Shown: positions 29,482 through 39,697 of the stretch, piece by piece
Layout of the letters: each line of letters starts with the position of its first letter
How positions within the stretch are numbered: the stretch's first letter is position 1
Origin: a bacterium
GTDB taxonomy: Bacteria; UBA8248; JACPRG01; G963555815
Assembly: GCA_965261595.1 (NCBI GenBank)
Contig: CBDHDG010000004.1
Location: 544,001 to 608,000 of the forward strand
Length of the DNA stretch: 64,000 nt
Reading direction: 5' to 3'
Notes under the pieces: generated by a model
The model's database searches: none
The model's input: the letters and a program-made list of their open reading frames with translations, nothing else
Told to the model about the DNA's origin: nothing
Made by a program: the position numbers and the translations under genes

Positions 29482-30386
29482 GTCAGGCCCGCTTCACCTC
29501 CACGGGCAGAGCCTACGGCCTGAAGCGGGTGTGCGCCCTTTGGGGCTTGGCGCGCTCCACGGTCTACGCGCAACGGCGGCGAGAGGCGGTCCCCGTTCAT
29601 GAACGCCCCACGCCCAATAAGCGCGGCCCTGTGGGCCCGTGCACCGATGCGGAACTCCTCGGTCACATCCGGCAGGTCCTGGAGGACTCTCCCTTCCATG
29701 GCGAGGGCTACCGCAAGGTGTGGGCGAGGCTGCGCTTCGCGGGCATCCGCACCAGCAAGGAGCGGGTGCGTCGCCTGATGCGGGAGGCGGGGCTTCAGGC
29801 CCCCCACCGGGTGGGCAAACCCCGAGGTCCCAAGGCCCACAACGGGACCATCCGCACCGAGCGGCCCGACCGAATGTGGGGCACGGACATGACGACGACG
29901 GTGACCACCGAGGAGGGGATGGCCTCGGTGTTCGCGGCGGTGGATCACTGCTCGGTGGACTGCGTGGGGATCCATGCGGCCAAGAGCGGCAACCGCTTCG
30001 AGGCCCTGGAGCCGATCCGGCAGGGGGTCGCCGAGCGCTTCGCCGGCTTGGAGGCGGACGTCGCCGAGGGGCTTAAAGTTCGTCACGACCACGGCCCCGC
30101 CTATCTGTCCGATGACTTTCAGCGGGAGATCGCCTACCTGGGCATGACCAGTTCGCCCAGCTTCGTGCGGGCGCCCGAGGGAAATGGCTACTGTGAGTGG
30201 TTCATCCGCATCTTGAAGGAGAATCTCCTGTGGGTGCGCTCTTTCGCCACCGTAGAGGAACTGCGGTGGGCGCTGCTTGAGTTCAAGAACCTGTACAACC
30301 ATCATTGGATTCTCGAGGGCTACGGCTACCGAACGCCGGCCCAGGCAAGGCAGGAAAAACTCGCTCAAGTTGCGGAGGCCGCATGA
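29478..30386 (+). CDS. IS3-family transposase OrfB
   Basis: As copy 1. Confidence 0.9.
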   Translation: MSQARFTSTGRAYGLKRVCALWGLARSTVYAQRRREAVPVHERPTPNKRGPVGPCTDAELLGHIRQVLEDSPFHGEGYRKVWARLRFAGIRTSKERVRRLMREAGLQAPHRVGKPRGPKAHNGTIRTERPDRMWGTDMTTTVTTEEGMASVFAAVDHCSVDCVGIHAAKSGNRFEALEPIRQGVAERFAGLEADVAEGLKVRHDHGPAYLSDDFQREIAYLGMTSSPSFVRAPEGNGYCEWFIRILKENLLWVRSFATVEELRWALLEFKNLYNHHWILEGYGYRTPAQARQEKLAQVAEAA

Positions 30387-30506
30387 GGTCGAATACCCTC
30401 ACCCGAGTGTCCAATAACCCAGGGGCGGTCCACGTGAGACTTCCAGGAAATGTTAAGATGTGATTTGGACCTATGCTTTGATCGCCCTGCCTTACGGAGA
30501 ATCGGA

Positions 30507-30839
30507 ATGACCCGGTCCCCAGCGTTAACGCCCGAGCTCCTCGACGATTTGGTGGAGCGCATCGTTGAGGCCGTTCATCCCCGGCGGATCATCCTGTTCG
30601 GGTCAGGGGCGAGAGGCGAAATGGGGCCGAACAGTGATTTGGACCTTCTGGTCGTGATGAAGGACAGCACGCATCGGAGGCGGACGGAGGGGCGGCTCTA
30701 CCGGGAGCTGTCAGGTTTGGGAGTCGCGAAAGACCTTGTGGTCGTCACCGAATCGGACGTGCGGCAGTTCGCGGACGAACCATCCCTGGTGATTTCCCCC
30801 GCGCTGAAGGAAGGAAGGGAATTATACCGTGCCCCCTGA
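30507..30839 (+). CDS. Minimal nucleotidyltransferase (MNT) antitoxin
   Basis: IILFGSGARG...SDLDLLVV (GS-x10-DxD). Confidence 0.88.
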   Translation: MTRSPALTPELLDDLVERIVEAVHPRRIILFGSGARGEMGPNSDLDLLVVMKDSTHRRRTEGRLYRELSGLGVAKDLVVVTESDVRQFADEPSLVISPALKEGRELYRAP

Positions 30840-31236
30840 GCGGCCTGTTCCGGGTTCCCCGGCGGATTGGCTTCAGCGGGCGCGGAGCGATCTTGCGCTG
30901 GCCGGGGTTTCATTGCCGGATGACGCCTTCTACGAGGACCTTTGTTTCCACGCCCAGCAAGCGGCGGAAAAGGCGATCAAGGGGGTCTATCGCGCCCATC
31001 AACGCGAGTTTCGATACACGCACGACATCGCCGCTCTCCTAAATGGCTTGAAAGGGGAAGGCATCGAGATTCCCGAAGAACTTCAAGAGGCCGTAGAGCT
31101 GACAGGGTTTGCGCGGCAAGCACGCTACCCCGGGACCAGAGAACCCACAACGGAAGCGGAATACCGGCGCGCCGTCACCCAGGCGGAAGCGGTCGTCCGC
31201 TGGGCCGAATCGCTGGTTGGAGGGCGGGCGTCCTGA
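30829..31236 (+). CDS. HEPN domain protein (toxin partner of MNT)
   Basis: CFHAQQAAEKAIK, THDI and RYP; overlaps the MNT gene. Confidence 0.88.
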   Translation: MPPERPVPGSPADWLQRARSDLALAGVSLPDDAFYEDLCFHAQQAAEKAIKGVYRAHQREFRYTHDIAALLNGLKGEGIEIPEELQEAVELTGFARQARYPGTREPTTEAEYRRAVTQAEAVVRWAESLVGGRAS

Positions 31237-31586
31237 GGCATGGGCGACGCATGCGGGACCCGATACGCGACCGGGTGAGGGGAAATCAAGGGGAATGAAG
31301 GGGTTTGAAGGGGTTCCCGGACCATCCACAGAGATTCCGGCCATCCCGAGACGTTCGAATTGGGACGCTCATCGTCTTTGAGTGAGGTTGTCATGGCACA
31401 AATTTGTGTTTGACCTTAATTCCATATCTGAATGAAAATGCTGACAACGTTTTTCTATTTCCCAAAGTTCATGAGACTTCCGGGAAATGTTAAGATGTAA
31501 GACTTGACCCCATGCCTGACCAAAGTTTGGTCCACCGGTACCAATTCGAAAATTTTTTCTAAACCCGATAAGGTGTCGCGATGAAC

Positions 31587-33019
31587 GAGGGTATGCCAAA
31601 CTTAGTTGAAAATTGACGGAGCGCTCCCCCGTGGTGGAGTTGGGTTGTGTGAGATGCACATCCACCCACCGAAGGAAAGGAGACGCTCCATGAACACGGT
31701 GCGACGAGGGAAGAGGCAGGTCAAGGGTGAAGAGCCGAAGCGGGTCACGTTGGCGGATTTTGCGCTGCATGCTCCGGTGGACACGTTGGTCGAGTTGATC
31801 CAGGCGTTGATCCCTTTGGGGTTGATGGCGGTGGGGGATTGCCTGAAGGCGGACGTGGCACGCTTGGCGGGGGCGCGCTGCCGTCGTGGGGACGGCTTGG
31901 CCGGTCACGTGCGGTGGGGCCGTCAGCGAGGCTCGGTGTATTTGGCCGATCAGAAGCTGCCCATCCAGGTTCCTCGGGTCAGAAATCGCCTCACCGGCCA
32001 GGAGGCGCCGCTGGAGACGTACACGCGCTTGCAGAGGCCGCGCGGGGCCGATGCCGGGCTGTTCCGCCGGGTGCTGAAGGGGCTGAGTTGTCGGGACTAT
32101 GAGGGATGCGCCGAGGCGGCGCCCGAGGCCTTTGGGCTTTCCCCCTCGGCGGTCTCGCGCCGCTTCATCCGGGCCAGCGCCCGCAAGCTCAAAGAGCTCT
32201 GCGAGCGCCCCCCCTGCAAGGGTATGACTTCGTGGGCCTGGTCCTGGACGGCAAGCGCTTTGAGGACGACCTCATGGTGATTGCCCTGGGCATCACGGTT
32301 CAGGGCGAAAAGGTGGTGTTGGGGTTTGTTCAGACCGGGACCGGGACCGAGCGGGCGTTGACGGCGTTTTTGCGGGAGTTGGTGGAGCGGGGGCTGCGCT
32401 CTGAGGCAGGTCTGCTCTGTGTGATCGACGGCTCCAAGGGCCTTCGGGCGGCGATCCGGCGGGTTTTTGAGGCACACGCGGTGGTGCAGCGCTGCCAGTG
32501 GCATAAGCGCGAGGGCGTGCTCAGCCACCTGCCCAAGGGCCGGCAGGGGCGCATCGGGCGGAAACTCCAGGCGGCTTATGATGAGCCCACTTACGAGGGG
32601 GCCAAGGGGGCGCTCGGGAGGCTTCGCAAAGAGCTTGAGCTGCTCAACCGCTCGGCGGTGAAGAGCCTGGACGAAGGCCTGGAGGAGACCTTGACGCTCC
32701 ATCGCCTGGTGGTCTTTCCCATCTTGGGGAGAAGCCTGAAGACGACGAACTGCTTGGAGTCGATCATGTCGCTCATTGCTCAGCGAACGGACAGGGTGGA
32801 CCACTGGCGCAACAGCGACCAGAAGCAGCGCTGGGTGGCCACGGCGCTCCTCGACATCGAGCCTCGGCTGAACCGGATCCAGGGCTGCCGGCATCTGCCG
32901 GCCTTGAGGGCCGCCATCCGCTCTACGCTCGGCCTTCGGGCTGACAGCAACGAGCGCGAGGTGGCCTAACATGCACCCAGGGGTCACTCCGGAATTTCAA
33001 CTAAGAATGGCATTGACTC
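31587..33019 (+). mobile_element. IS256-family insertion sequence
   Basis: Imperfect IRs GAGGGTATGCCAAACTTAGTTGAAA and TTTCAACTAAGAATGGCATTGACTC; 8-bp TSD CGATGAAC (31579-31586 / 33020-33027). Confidence 0.9.
31690..32969 (+). pseudogene. IS256 (Mutator-type) transposase, frameshifted
   Basis: VPRVR, LDG, IDGSKGL, QRCQWHK and TTNCLES; shift in the C7 run near 32210. Confidence 0.88.
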
Positions 33020-33021
33020 CG

Positions 33022-33780
33022 ATGAACCTCAAGGACAAGGTCGTCATCATTACTGGCGCTACACGCGGAATTGGAAAAGGTTACGCTGAGTCTGTTGCAG
33101 CAAAAGGAGGTAAAGTCATTGTTTCTGACATCCTTGACGGGGAGAGCGTCGCGGAATCGATCTGCAAGTCGGGCGGAGAGGCAATGTATGTCTGGGCCGA
33201 CATGTCGGACGAAGATAGCGTGAACCATCTCGCTGGGATCACGCACGACCGGTACGGTCGCATCGATGGGTTGGTGAACAATGCCGCAATATTCGCCAAC
33301 ATTCGGTATTGTCCCTTCGACGAGATCACGGTTGAAGAATGGGACGCCGTCATGGCGGTCAACGTCAAGGGGGTTTGGCTCGCTTCCAAGGCGGTGTATC
33401 CTTACATGAAGGCCCAGGGGGCGGGGAAGATCGTCAATATCGCCTCCGGAGTTCCGTTCAAGGGAACGCCTATCTTCGCTCACTACACGGTGTCGAAAGG
33501 GGCCGTGATGACGCTAACGCGGGTGTTGGCGAGGTCGATGGGTAAGGATGGTATCTGCGTCAATACGCTGGCTCCGGGTTTGACGCGAAGTGAGAGTCTG
33601 GCGGAATTGCATCAGGAACGGCTGGACCGGGATGATGCCATTGAAATCCAGATGCGGGCGATCCCGCGCAGCGAGCGGCCCGAAGACTTGGTGGGAGCCC
33701 TCGTCTTCCTCCTTTCAGAGGCCGCCGACTTCATCACCGGCCAGACCCTCCTGGTCGATGGCGGGTCATTCATGAATTAG
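33022..33780 (+). CDS. SDR family oxidoreductase
   Basis: TGATRGIG, NNAA, YTVSK and TGQTLLVDGG; the ATG lies inside the IS256 TSD. Confidence 0.92.
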   Translation: MNLKDKVVIITGATRGIGKGYAESVAAKGGKVIVSDILDGESVAESICKSGGEAMYVWADMSDEDSVNHLAGITHDRYGRIDGLVNNAAIFANIRYCPFDEITVEEWDAVMAVNVKGVWLASKAVYPYMKAQGAGKIVNIASGVPFKGTPIFAHYTVSKGAVMTLTRVLARSMGKDGICVNTLAPGLTRSESLAELHQERLDRDDAIEIQMRAIPRSERPEDLVGALVFLLSEAADFITGQTLLVDGGSFMN

Positions 33781-33985
33781 CGACTCCCGCCCATGGCCCA
33801 GGCATTTTGGGTCTCATGTCAAGGCCCAACACCCTGGATATCCTTTTGGCCGGCGGTCCAAAACGTCCGGTGGTGGTTCGAGAAAAATTTCACTGCGAGT
33901 TTCGTTTTGTGCTAAACCATTGATCTAAGCAAATAGACAGGAAAATTCATGAGAAGGTTCGTGAGGAATAGAGGGGGGCCTCCCC

Positions 33986-34645
33986 ATGGTCATGGACAGC
34001 AGAGAGTTCGCCATCCGCGTCATCTCCAATTCGGATAAGTACGCCGAGCGCCTTCGCGAGAAGGCGCTGGATCCGGTCACTTATCTGGACCGGGATAATC
34101 TCGTGATGATCTACAAGCGGCGGATGTGGTACGAGTACCACCTTGGGGTTCTGCCTCCAGCCAAGCAGATCACCCAGCTCTCCCCTGAGGATCTGGATCT
34201 CCGGTGGCTGCTGACCGAACAGCTCACGGAGGAGTACCACCATTCGAAGGTTTTCTCCGATATATTGAAAGAGATGGGAGAAGATCCGGATATCACCCAT
34301 TTTGAGACCCGGCCGGAATACCATGAAGTCGTGCACCACACCCTTGACTTCGACACACCATGGGAAATTGCCGCGTCCCTTCAGGTCACTGGAGAGGTCA
34401 TGCTGATCTCCATTCTCAAATGGCTACAGGGACTCGTGGAGCCTCGGATCTCCGATATCATCGAGAATGAGGTTCTTATTCACGAGGGAAAGCACGTCCG
34501 GTTTGGCCGAATGATCCTGGAGCGTTTCGCGACGACGGAAGAACGGCAACGGCGAGTCGTCGAGATTTCGGAGACGAAATTTGAAAGCCTCTGTACTGCC
34601 CACGATGTCAAGTTCTATGGCACCATCAAGACGGAAGTGGACTGA
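33986..34645 (+). CDS. Ferritin-like (putative di-iron) protein
   Basis: Two ExxH motifs (EEYHH, HEGKH) with upstream glutamates; helical character. Confidence 0.7.
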   Translation: MVMDSREFAIRVISNSDKYAERLREKALDPVTYLDRDNLVMIYKRRMWYEYHLGVLPPAKQITQLSPEDLDLRWLLTEQLTEEYHHSKVFSDILKEMGEDPDITHFETRPEYHEVVHHTLDFDTPWEIAASLQVTGEVMLISILKWLQGLVEPRISDIIENEVLIHEGKHVRFGRMILERFATTEERQRRVVEISETKFESLCTAHDVKFYGTIKTEVD

Positions 34646-34819
34646 GCTGAGGTCGCGTCATAAAGGAGAGACGGCAGCATGTGGGAGGAGGTCAAAGAGA
34701 AGATCGACCATGCCGCCCAAATCTTGATGGACCAGATGGAAGCGTCCGGCAAGCCCTATCCGGCTGACGTCTATGGACCGCCCCTGGGTTATTGGACACT
34801 CGGGTGAGGGTATTCGACC

Positions 34820-35728
34820 TCATGCGGCCTCCGCAACTTGAGCGAGTTTTTCCTGCCTTGCCTGGGCCGGCGTTCGGTAGCCGTAGCCCTCGAGAATCCA
34901 ATGATGGTTGTACAGGTTCTTGAACTCAAGCAGCGCCCACCGCAGTTCCTCTACGGTGGCGAAAGAGCGCACCCACAGGAGATTCTCCTTCAAGATGCGG
35001 ATAAACCACTCACAGTAGCCATTTCCCTCGGGCGCCCGCACGAAGCTGGGCGAACTGGTCATGCCCAGGTAGGCGATCTCCCGCTGAAAGTCATCGGACA
35101 GATAGGCGGGGCCGTGGTCGTGACGAACTTTAAGCCCCTCGGCGACGTCCGCCTCCAAGCCGGCGAAGCGCTCGGCGACCCCCTGCCGGATCGGCTCCAG
35201 GGCCTCGAAGCGGTTGCCGCTCTTGGCCGCATGGATCCCCACGCAGTCCACCGAGCAGTGATCCACCGCCACGAACACCGAGGCCACCCCCTCCTCGGTG
35301 GTCACCGTCGTCGTCATGTCCGTGCCCCACATTCGGTCGGGCCGCTCGGTGCGGATGGTCCCGTTGTGGGCCTTGGGACCTCGGGGTTTGCCCACCCGGT
35401 GGGGGGCCTGAAGCCCCGCCTCCCGCATCAGGCGACGCACCCGCTCCTTGCTGGTGCGGATGCCCGCGAAGCGCAGCCTCGCCCACACCTTGCGGTAGCC
35501 CTCGCCATGGAAGGGAGAGTCCTCCAGGACCTGCCGGATGTGGCCGAGGAGTTCCGCATCGGTGCACGGGCCCACAGGGCCGCGCTTATTGGGCGTGGGG
35601 CGTTCATGAACGGGGACCGCCTCTCGCCGCCGTTGCGCGTAGACCGTGGAGCGCGCCAAGCCCCAAAGGGCGCACACCCGCTTCAGGCCGTAGGCTCTGC
35701 CCGTGGAGGTGAAGCGGGCCTGACTCAT
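34820..35728 (-). CDS. IS3-family transposase OrfB
   Basis: As copy 1. Confidence 0.9.
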   Translation of the reverse strand: MSQARFTSTGRAYGLKRVCALWGLARSTVYAQRRREAVPVHERPTPNKRGPVGPCTDAELLGHIRQVLEDSPFHGEGYRKVWARLRFAGIRTSKERVRRLMREAGLQAPHRVGKPRGPKAHNGTIRTERPDRMWGTDMTTTVTTEEGVASVFVAVDHCSVDCVGIHAAKSGNRFEALEPIRQGVAERFAGLEADVAEGLKVRHDHGPAYLSDDFQREIAYLGMTSSPSFVRAPEGNGYCEWFIRILKENLLWVRSFATVEELRWALLEFKNLYNHHWILEGYGYRTPAQARQEKLAQVAEAA

Positions 35729-36111
35729 CGCCTCCACCTCCTGCCGGCTAAAGGGCGGCCGGCCTCCAGGCGGTCGATCTTCTCCCGCAGGACCTCGCCC
35801 TCCATCGTGAGTTCGCCCACCTTGGCCTTGAGCCGGGCGTTCTCCTCGGCCCGCTCATCCGCCGGGCGGGCTTTGAGCGCCGCCTCGCCCCCGCGAAGGA
35901 ACGCCTCGCGCCAGGCGGAAAGCCGAGCCGCTGTCGTGCCCAACTCGCGGCAGAGCGTCTCCAGGCTCTCGCCCCGCAAAAGACGCAGGACCGCCTCCCG
36001 CTTGCGCTGGCAGGAGAACCGACCCCGCTCACTGCGATGCCCTGGGGCCTTGGCTCCGTTCGCCCTGCGGGCGCCCTCCGCCAAAGCCCCCTCTTGCTTT
36101 TGTTCGTTCAT
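35725..36111 (-). CDS. IS3-family transposase OrfA
   Basis: As copy 1. Confidence 0.85.
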   Translation of the reverse strand: MNEQKQEGALAEGARRANGAKAPGHRSERGRFSCQRKREAVLRLLRGESLETLCRELGTTAARLSAWREAFLRGGEAALKARPADERAEENARLKAKVGELTMEGEVLREKIDRLEAGRPLAGRRWRR

Positions 36112-36457
36112 CGCGACACCCCTTTCTCCATGAATCATGGATCAATCGAGTGTCCAACAAAACCCTAGAGCGGGGGATCTACATCATCTGGAACGACTTG
36201 GCATATCTGCAATACGTGTTGGATGTGAAGGTCGAGTATTGGGGGTCCAAAGAGCGTTGACGCTTCCGTCACCCGCTGATGACAGTAAATCGATCGGAAG
36301 CGCTTCCAGCGTGGGCATTAGGGTTTATGTTTATGTGTGACAGTTTGGGGCTCCAGGGTGGACGCCCCGTGGAAGGAGAGGGTGGGGGAAGACGTATTTG
36401 CAATCCGGCGCCACACGGAGATCACGGTAATTCTCCAAATGCGAGGGGGGAAATCTA

Positions 36458-37486
36458 ATGAGGAAAATTCGAGATCAGTTAGCCCTAAGGCTTTGTGTAT
36501 GTCTTCTGTTTACCCTGGCGTGGGGGATCTGGAATTGCGTACCTCCAGTCAGTGCGGGAGAGAAGGTGACTCTCCAAGCAGCCTGGATCATCGATGGGGC
36601 CCTGTCCGGATTCTATCTCGCCGTCGATAAAGGATATATGAAAAAAGCGAACATTGATCTTTCCATAACACGGGGCTTCGGTTCTTCTGATACGACCAAA
36701 AAGGTAGCCACGAGAGCGGCGTTATTCGGACAGGCGGACACGGGGGCATTGGTTGTCGGTCGAAGCCAAGGGTTGAAGGCCAAGTCCTTGCTGATGTACT
36801 CCAACCATTCCATGTACGGCATCTGGGCGCTCAAAGGCTCAGGAATCACGAAGCCAAAGGACCTCGTGGGAAAGAAGTGGGGGACCACGGCCGGGGACGT
36901 AACGCGGACACTATTCCCCGCTTTTGCAAGCGTGAATGGGTTTCAGCCGGAAGCCGTGAAAACCGTCCTGATGGACCCTGCTTCTCTGAGCGCCAGTCTA
37001 TTGAGTGGAAAGGTGGATGCCATAGCAAGCTTCCTGGTTCGAGGTCCGGTTCTCAACGCGATGGCCGGCAAGCAGGGCAAAAGCGTGGTCTCTATCCCCT
37101 GGCACAAGTGGGGCATCTCGATGTATTCGCTCGGGGTCATCGCGAGAGACGAAACCGTCGCGTCCAGGGCAAATTTCGTTCGAGGCTTCATTCAGGCGAC
37201 TCAGAAGGGGATCAAACACGAGATCGAAAACCCGGAAGATGCCGTCGCGGCACTGGTTCGGCGACACCCGGAACGGAGCCGGGATTTGGCGCTGAAAACC
37301 CTGAAGATATATCATGCCCATCTTTTGACCCCGAGCGTGTACGAAAGAGGAATTGGCTTTATCGACCGGAAGAAGATGGAGTACACCCGGGATCTGATCA
37401 CCAAGCATCAGGGACTCAAGGTGAAGGTTCCCGTGGATGACCTGTTCACGAACAAATTCCTCAATCCGGTGAAGCCGAAGAAATAG
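36458..37486 (+). CDS. ABC transporter substrate-binding protein, NMT1/THI5-like
   Basis: Signal peptide; FYLAVDKGY, RGFGSSD, GITKPKDLVGKK and LFTNKFL. Confidence 0.85.
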   Translation: MRKIRDQLALRLCVCLLFTLAWGIWNCVPPVSAGEKVTLQAAWIIDGALSGFYLAVDKGYMKKANIDLSITRGFGSSDTTKKVATRAALFGQADTGALVVGRSQGLKAKSLLMYSNHSMYGIWALKGSGITKPKDLVGKKWGTTAGDVTRTLFPAFASVNGFQPEAVKTVLMDPASLSASLLSGKVDAIASFLVRGPVLNAMAGKQGKSVVSIPWHKWGISMYSLGVIARDETVASRANFVRGFIQATQKGIKHEIENPEDAVAALVRRHPERSRDLALKTLKIYHAHLLTPSVYERGIGFIDRKKMEYTRDLITKHQGLKVKVPVDDLFTNKFLNPVKPKK

Positions 37487-37777
37487 GCGAACTGAAAGGG
37501 GACGGAATTCACGGCTTTCAAGCTCAAGGAGACGTCTTGATTCCGAAGGGAAAATTCGGACGGGATGGACTCGTCCGATGAGCAACGAGAGAATGGAAGC
37601 AAGGGTGGCTGATACCCGAGGGTTTCCCAAATCAGATTAAGTGCCTGTTGGAGGACTGCTTGCGATGTCCGGAAGGATCTCGCGAGCAGTCCTTTCATTT
37701 TTCAAGGCTGCAATACAGGCGGGTCTGGATTGACAGGTCATCCCCAAGCGCCTTGAGCCAAGGCAGAGGGAAACCGG

Positions 37778-39232
37778 ATGCCGAAATCGAAAGTCGACTT
37801 TCTGTTCAAGCACGCTGTTATTGTAACCCTGAACCCCGGCAGGGATATTCTCTGGGACGGGGCCATCGCCCTCCGTGCGAAGAAAATTATCGATGTGGGT
37901 CCAACTACTTCCCTCATGCGAAAGTATGAGGGAAAAATCCAAGTGGATGCCCGGCAGAAGCTCATCCTCCCCGGTCTTGTCAATGCCCACAATCATATAT
38001 TCGGCGCTTTGTGCCGGGGGTTGGTCAACGACCATCCCTTGATCCCCTGGCTCAATAAGAAGGTGTATCTCACCTCGAACGGATTGGATGAGGAATGCTA
38101 TTACCTGAGCACCCTCCTGCTCGGGATTGAAATGTTGAAGACCGGCACGACTTGCGTTGTTGACTGCGGGACCATGCCCGGGCTTGAAAGGAGCGCCGTT
38201 CGGGGGATTCAGGAAATCGGAATGAAAGCCGTTCTCGCCCGAACCATGGTGGACATAACGGGAAATGACCCCACCCAACCCTACCGACAGAAGCAGACGA
38301 CGCAGAAAACCATTCGAGACGCAGAGCGGTTTGTGAGGGAACACCATGGTGACGCCGAAGAGAGAATCCAGGCTTGGTTCTGTCCCATCCAGACTTGGTG
38401 CATATCCGATCGGCTTTGCAGAAAGACCATTGACCTTGCCGAAAAGTATGATTCGGGATTTGCCACCCACGCTTCTGTGGATCGGGCGGAAGTGGAACTG
38501 TGTCGGGAACGCTTCGGCCACACACCCATCGAGCGGTTTCATCGACTCGGCGTCCTGGGTCCCCGCCTCCTCACCGCACACATGGGCTGGGCCACGGAGA
38601 ATGAAATCGACCGAATCCTCAAGTCCGGGACTCATGTCGTTCACTGCCCAAGCTCCAGCATGAAATGCGCCTCGGGGGCGCTCAGTCACGGCAAGATTCC
38701 TTTGATGGAAGCATTGGGGGCCAACATCGCTCTTGGGACGGACGGGCCGGCCGCCGGAAATTACCAGGACATGTTTCGGGTGATGTATCTCGCAGCCGTC
38801 GGCCACAAGGAAGCACATCTGGACTCTCGTGTGATCCCCCCCGAAATCGCTCTGGAGTGGGGGACCCTCAATGGTGCGAAGGCTGTGGGATGGGGAGATC
38901 GAATTGGCTCCCTGGAGAAGGGGAAGCGGGCGGACCTGGCGATCCTGAATCTCAAGCGGTCCGAATTTGTTCCTCTCCATCCCGCCACGCTACTCCCAAA
39001 CCTCATCTACGCAGCGACTGGCAACTGCGTGGAGACCGTTTTTGTGGATGGCAAGGTCCTGGTCGAAGACGGACGAGTGACGACCGTGGATGAAGATGAG
39101 GTCATCGATCGAATTTCTCATTACACGGATCACTTCGTCGGCCTCGCCCAGAATTGGGAGAAACAGCATGCTAATGGAAAGTCACAGCATGCTAATGGAA
39201 AGTCATGGTTGGGGTCAGGTCTTACATTCTAA
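37778..39232 (+). CDS. Metal-dependent amidohydrolase (SsnA/MtaD/AtzA-like deaminase family)
   Basis: PGLVNAHNH, AHMGW, HCPSSSMK, LGTDG and GSLEKGKRADL. Confidence 0.9.
   Translation: MPKSKVDFLFKHAVIVTLNPGRDILWDGAIALRAKKIIDVGPTTSLMRKYEGKIQVDARQKLILPGLVNAHNHIFGALCRGLVNDHPLIPWLNKKVYLTSNGLDEECYYLSTLLLGIEMLKTGTTCVVDCGTMPGLERSAVRGIQEIGMKAVLARTMVDITGNDPTQPYRQKQTTQKTIRDAERFVREHHGDAEERIQAWFCPIQTWCISDRLCRKTIDLAEKYDSGFATHASVDRAEVELCRERFGHTPIERFHRLGVLGPRLLTAHMGWATENEIDRILKSGTHVVHCPSSSMKCASGALSHGKIPLMEALGANIALGTDGPAAGNYQDMFRVMYLAAVGHKEAHLDSRVIPPEIALEWGTLNGAKAVGWGDRIGSLEKGKRADLAILNLKRSEFVPLHPATLLPNLIYAATGNCVETVFVDGKVLVEDGRVTTVDEDEVIDRISHYTDHFVGLAQNWEKQHANGKSQHANGKSWLGSGLTF
39164..39205 (+). repeat. 21-bp tandem duplication (QHANGKS x2)
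   Basis: CAGCATGCTAATGGAAAGTCA occurs twice in tandem. Confidence 0.9.
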
Positions 39233-39697
39233 CATTTTGTTCCCTACAGAAGTGTGGCGGGCCGGGACCCGCTGCCCCGATAGATTCATTCGGGGGCACG
39301 CTTGGACCGGCTCCTACGACGAAAAATCCCCGGCTGGCCGTAGGGAAGAGTCTTCGGCCGGCTGGCTGCCCCGACCCGACCGGAAAAAAGGCCGTTGCGT
39401 GCATTCGCGACGTTCAGCCGGATAAGGCCGCCAATGGCGATTTGTCCGGGGCGCGAGCCGGGAGACCATCGATTAGTGTGTGGGATGGGTCTGGGATGGC
39501 GTCAGACCTTGACTTTGCGCTTTAGCCGTATGTTTCTCACAACCAGGAGGGGGGGATACCCGACCTCGTGCCTCAATTGGGCACGAACTCGTAGCGGAGT
39601 GCAAAGTCCAGATCTGTCCCCCACTTTCCCGGATACCTTTTTCTATCCCAAAGTCGGCGCGAAATACGGAAAATGTTAGAATGTAAGACCTGACCCC
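39211..39697. repeat. MITE/REP-like unit bounded by a perfect 28-bp inverted repeat
   Basis: GGGGTCAGGTCTTACATTCTAACATTTT (39211-39238) and its reverse complement (39670-39697). Confidence 0.8.

Larger units (their letters stand above)
29029..30432 (+). mobile_element. IS3-family IS, copy 5 (no TSD)
   Basis: Same ends; flanks GTAC and CGTG differ. Confidence 0.95.
30435..31498. repeat. 27-bp direct repeats flanking the TA module
   Basis: TGAGACTTCC(A/G)GGAAATGTTAAGATGT at 30435-30461 and 31472-31498; one mismatch. Confidence 0.8.
34774..36177 (-). mobile_element. IS3-family IS, copy 6
   Basis: Same ends; TSD TCTA. Confidence 0.95.
34679..36260 (+). pseudogene. 57-aa protein split by IS3 copy 6
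   Basis: RBS AAGGAG, ATG 34679. Rejoined: MWEEVKEKIDHAAQILMDQMEASGKPYPADVYIIWNDLAYLQYVLDVKVEYWGSKER*. Confidence 0.65.
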
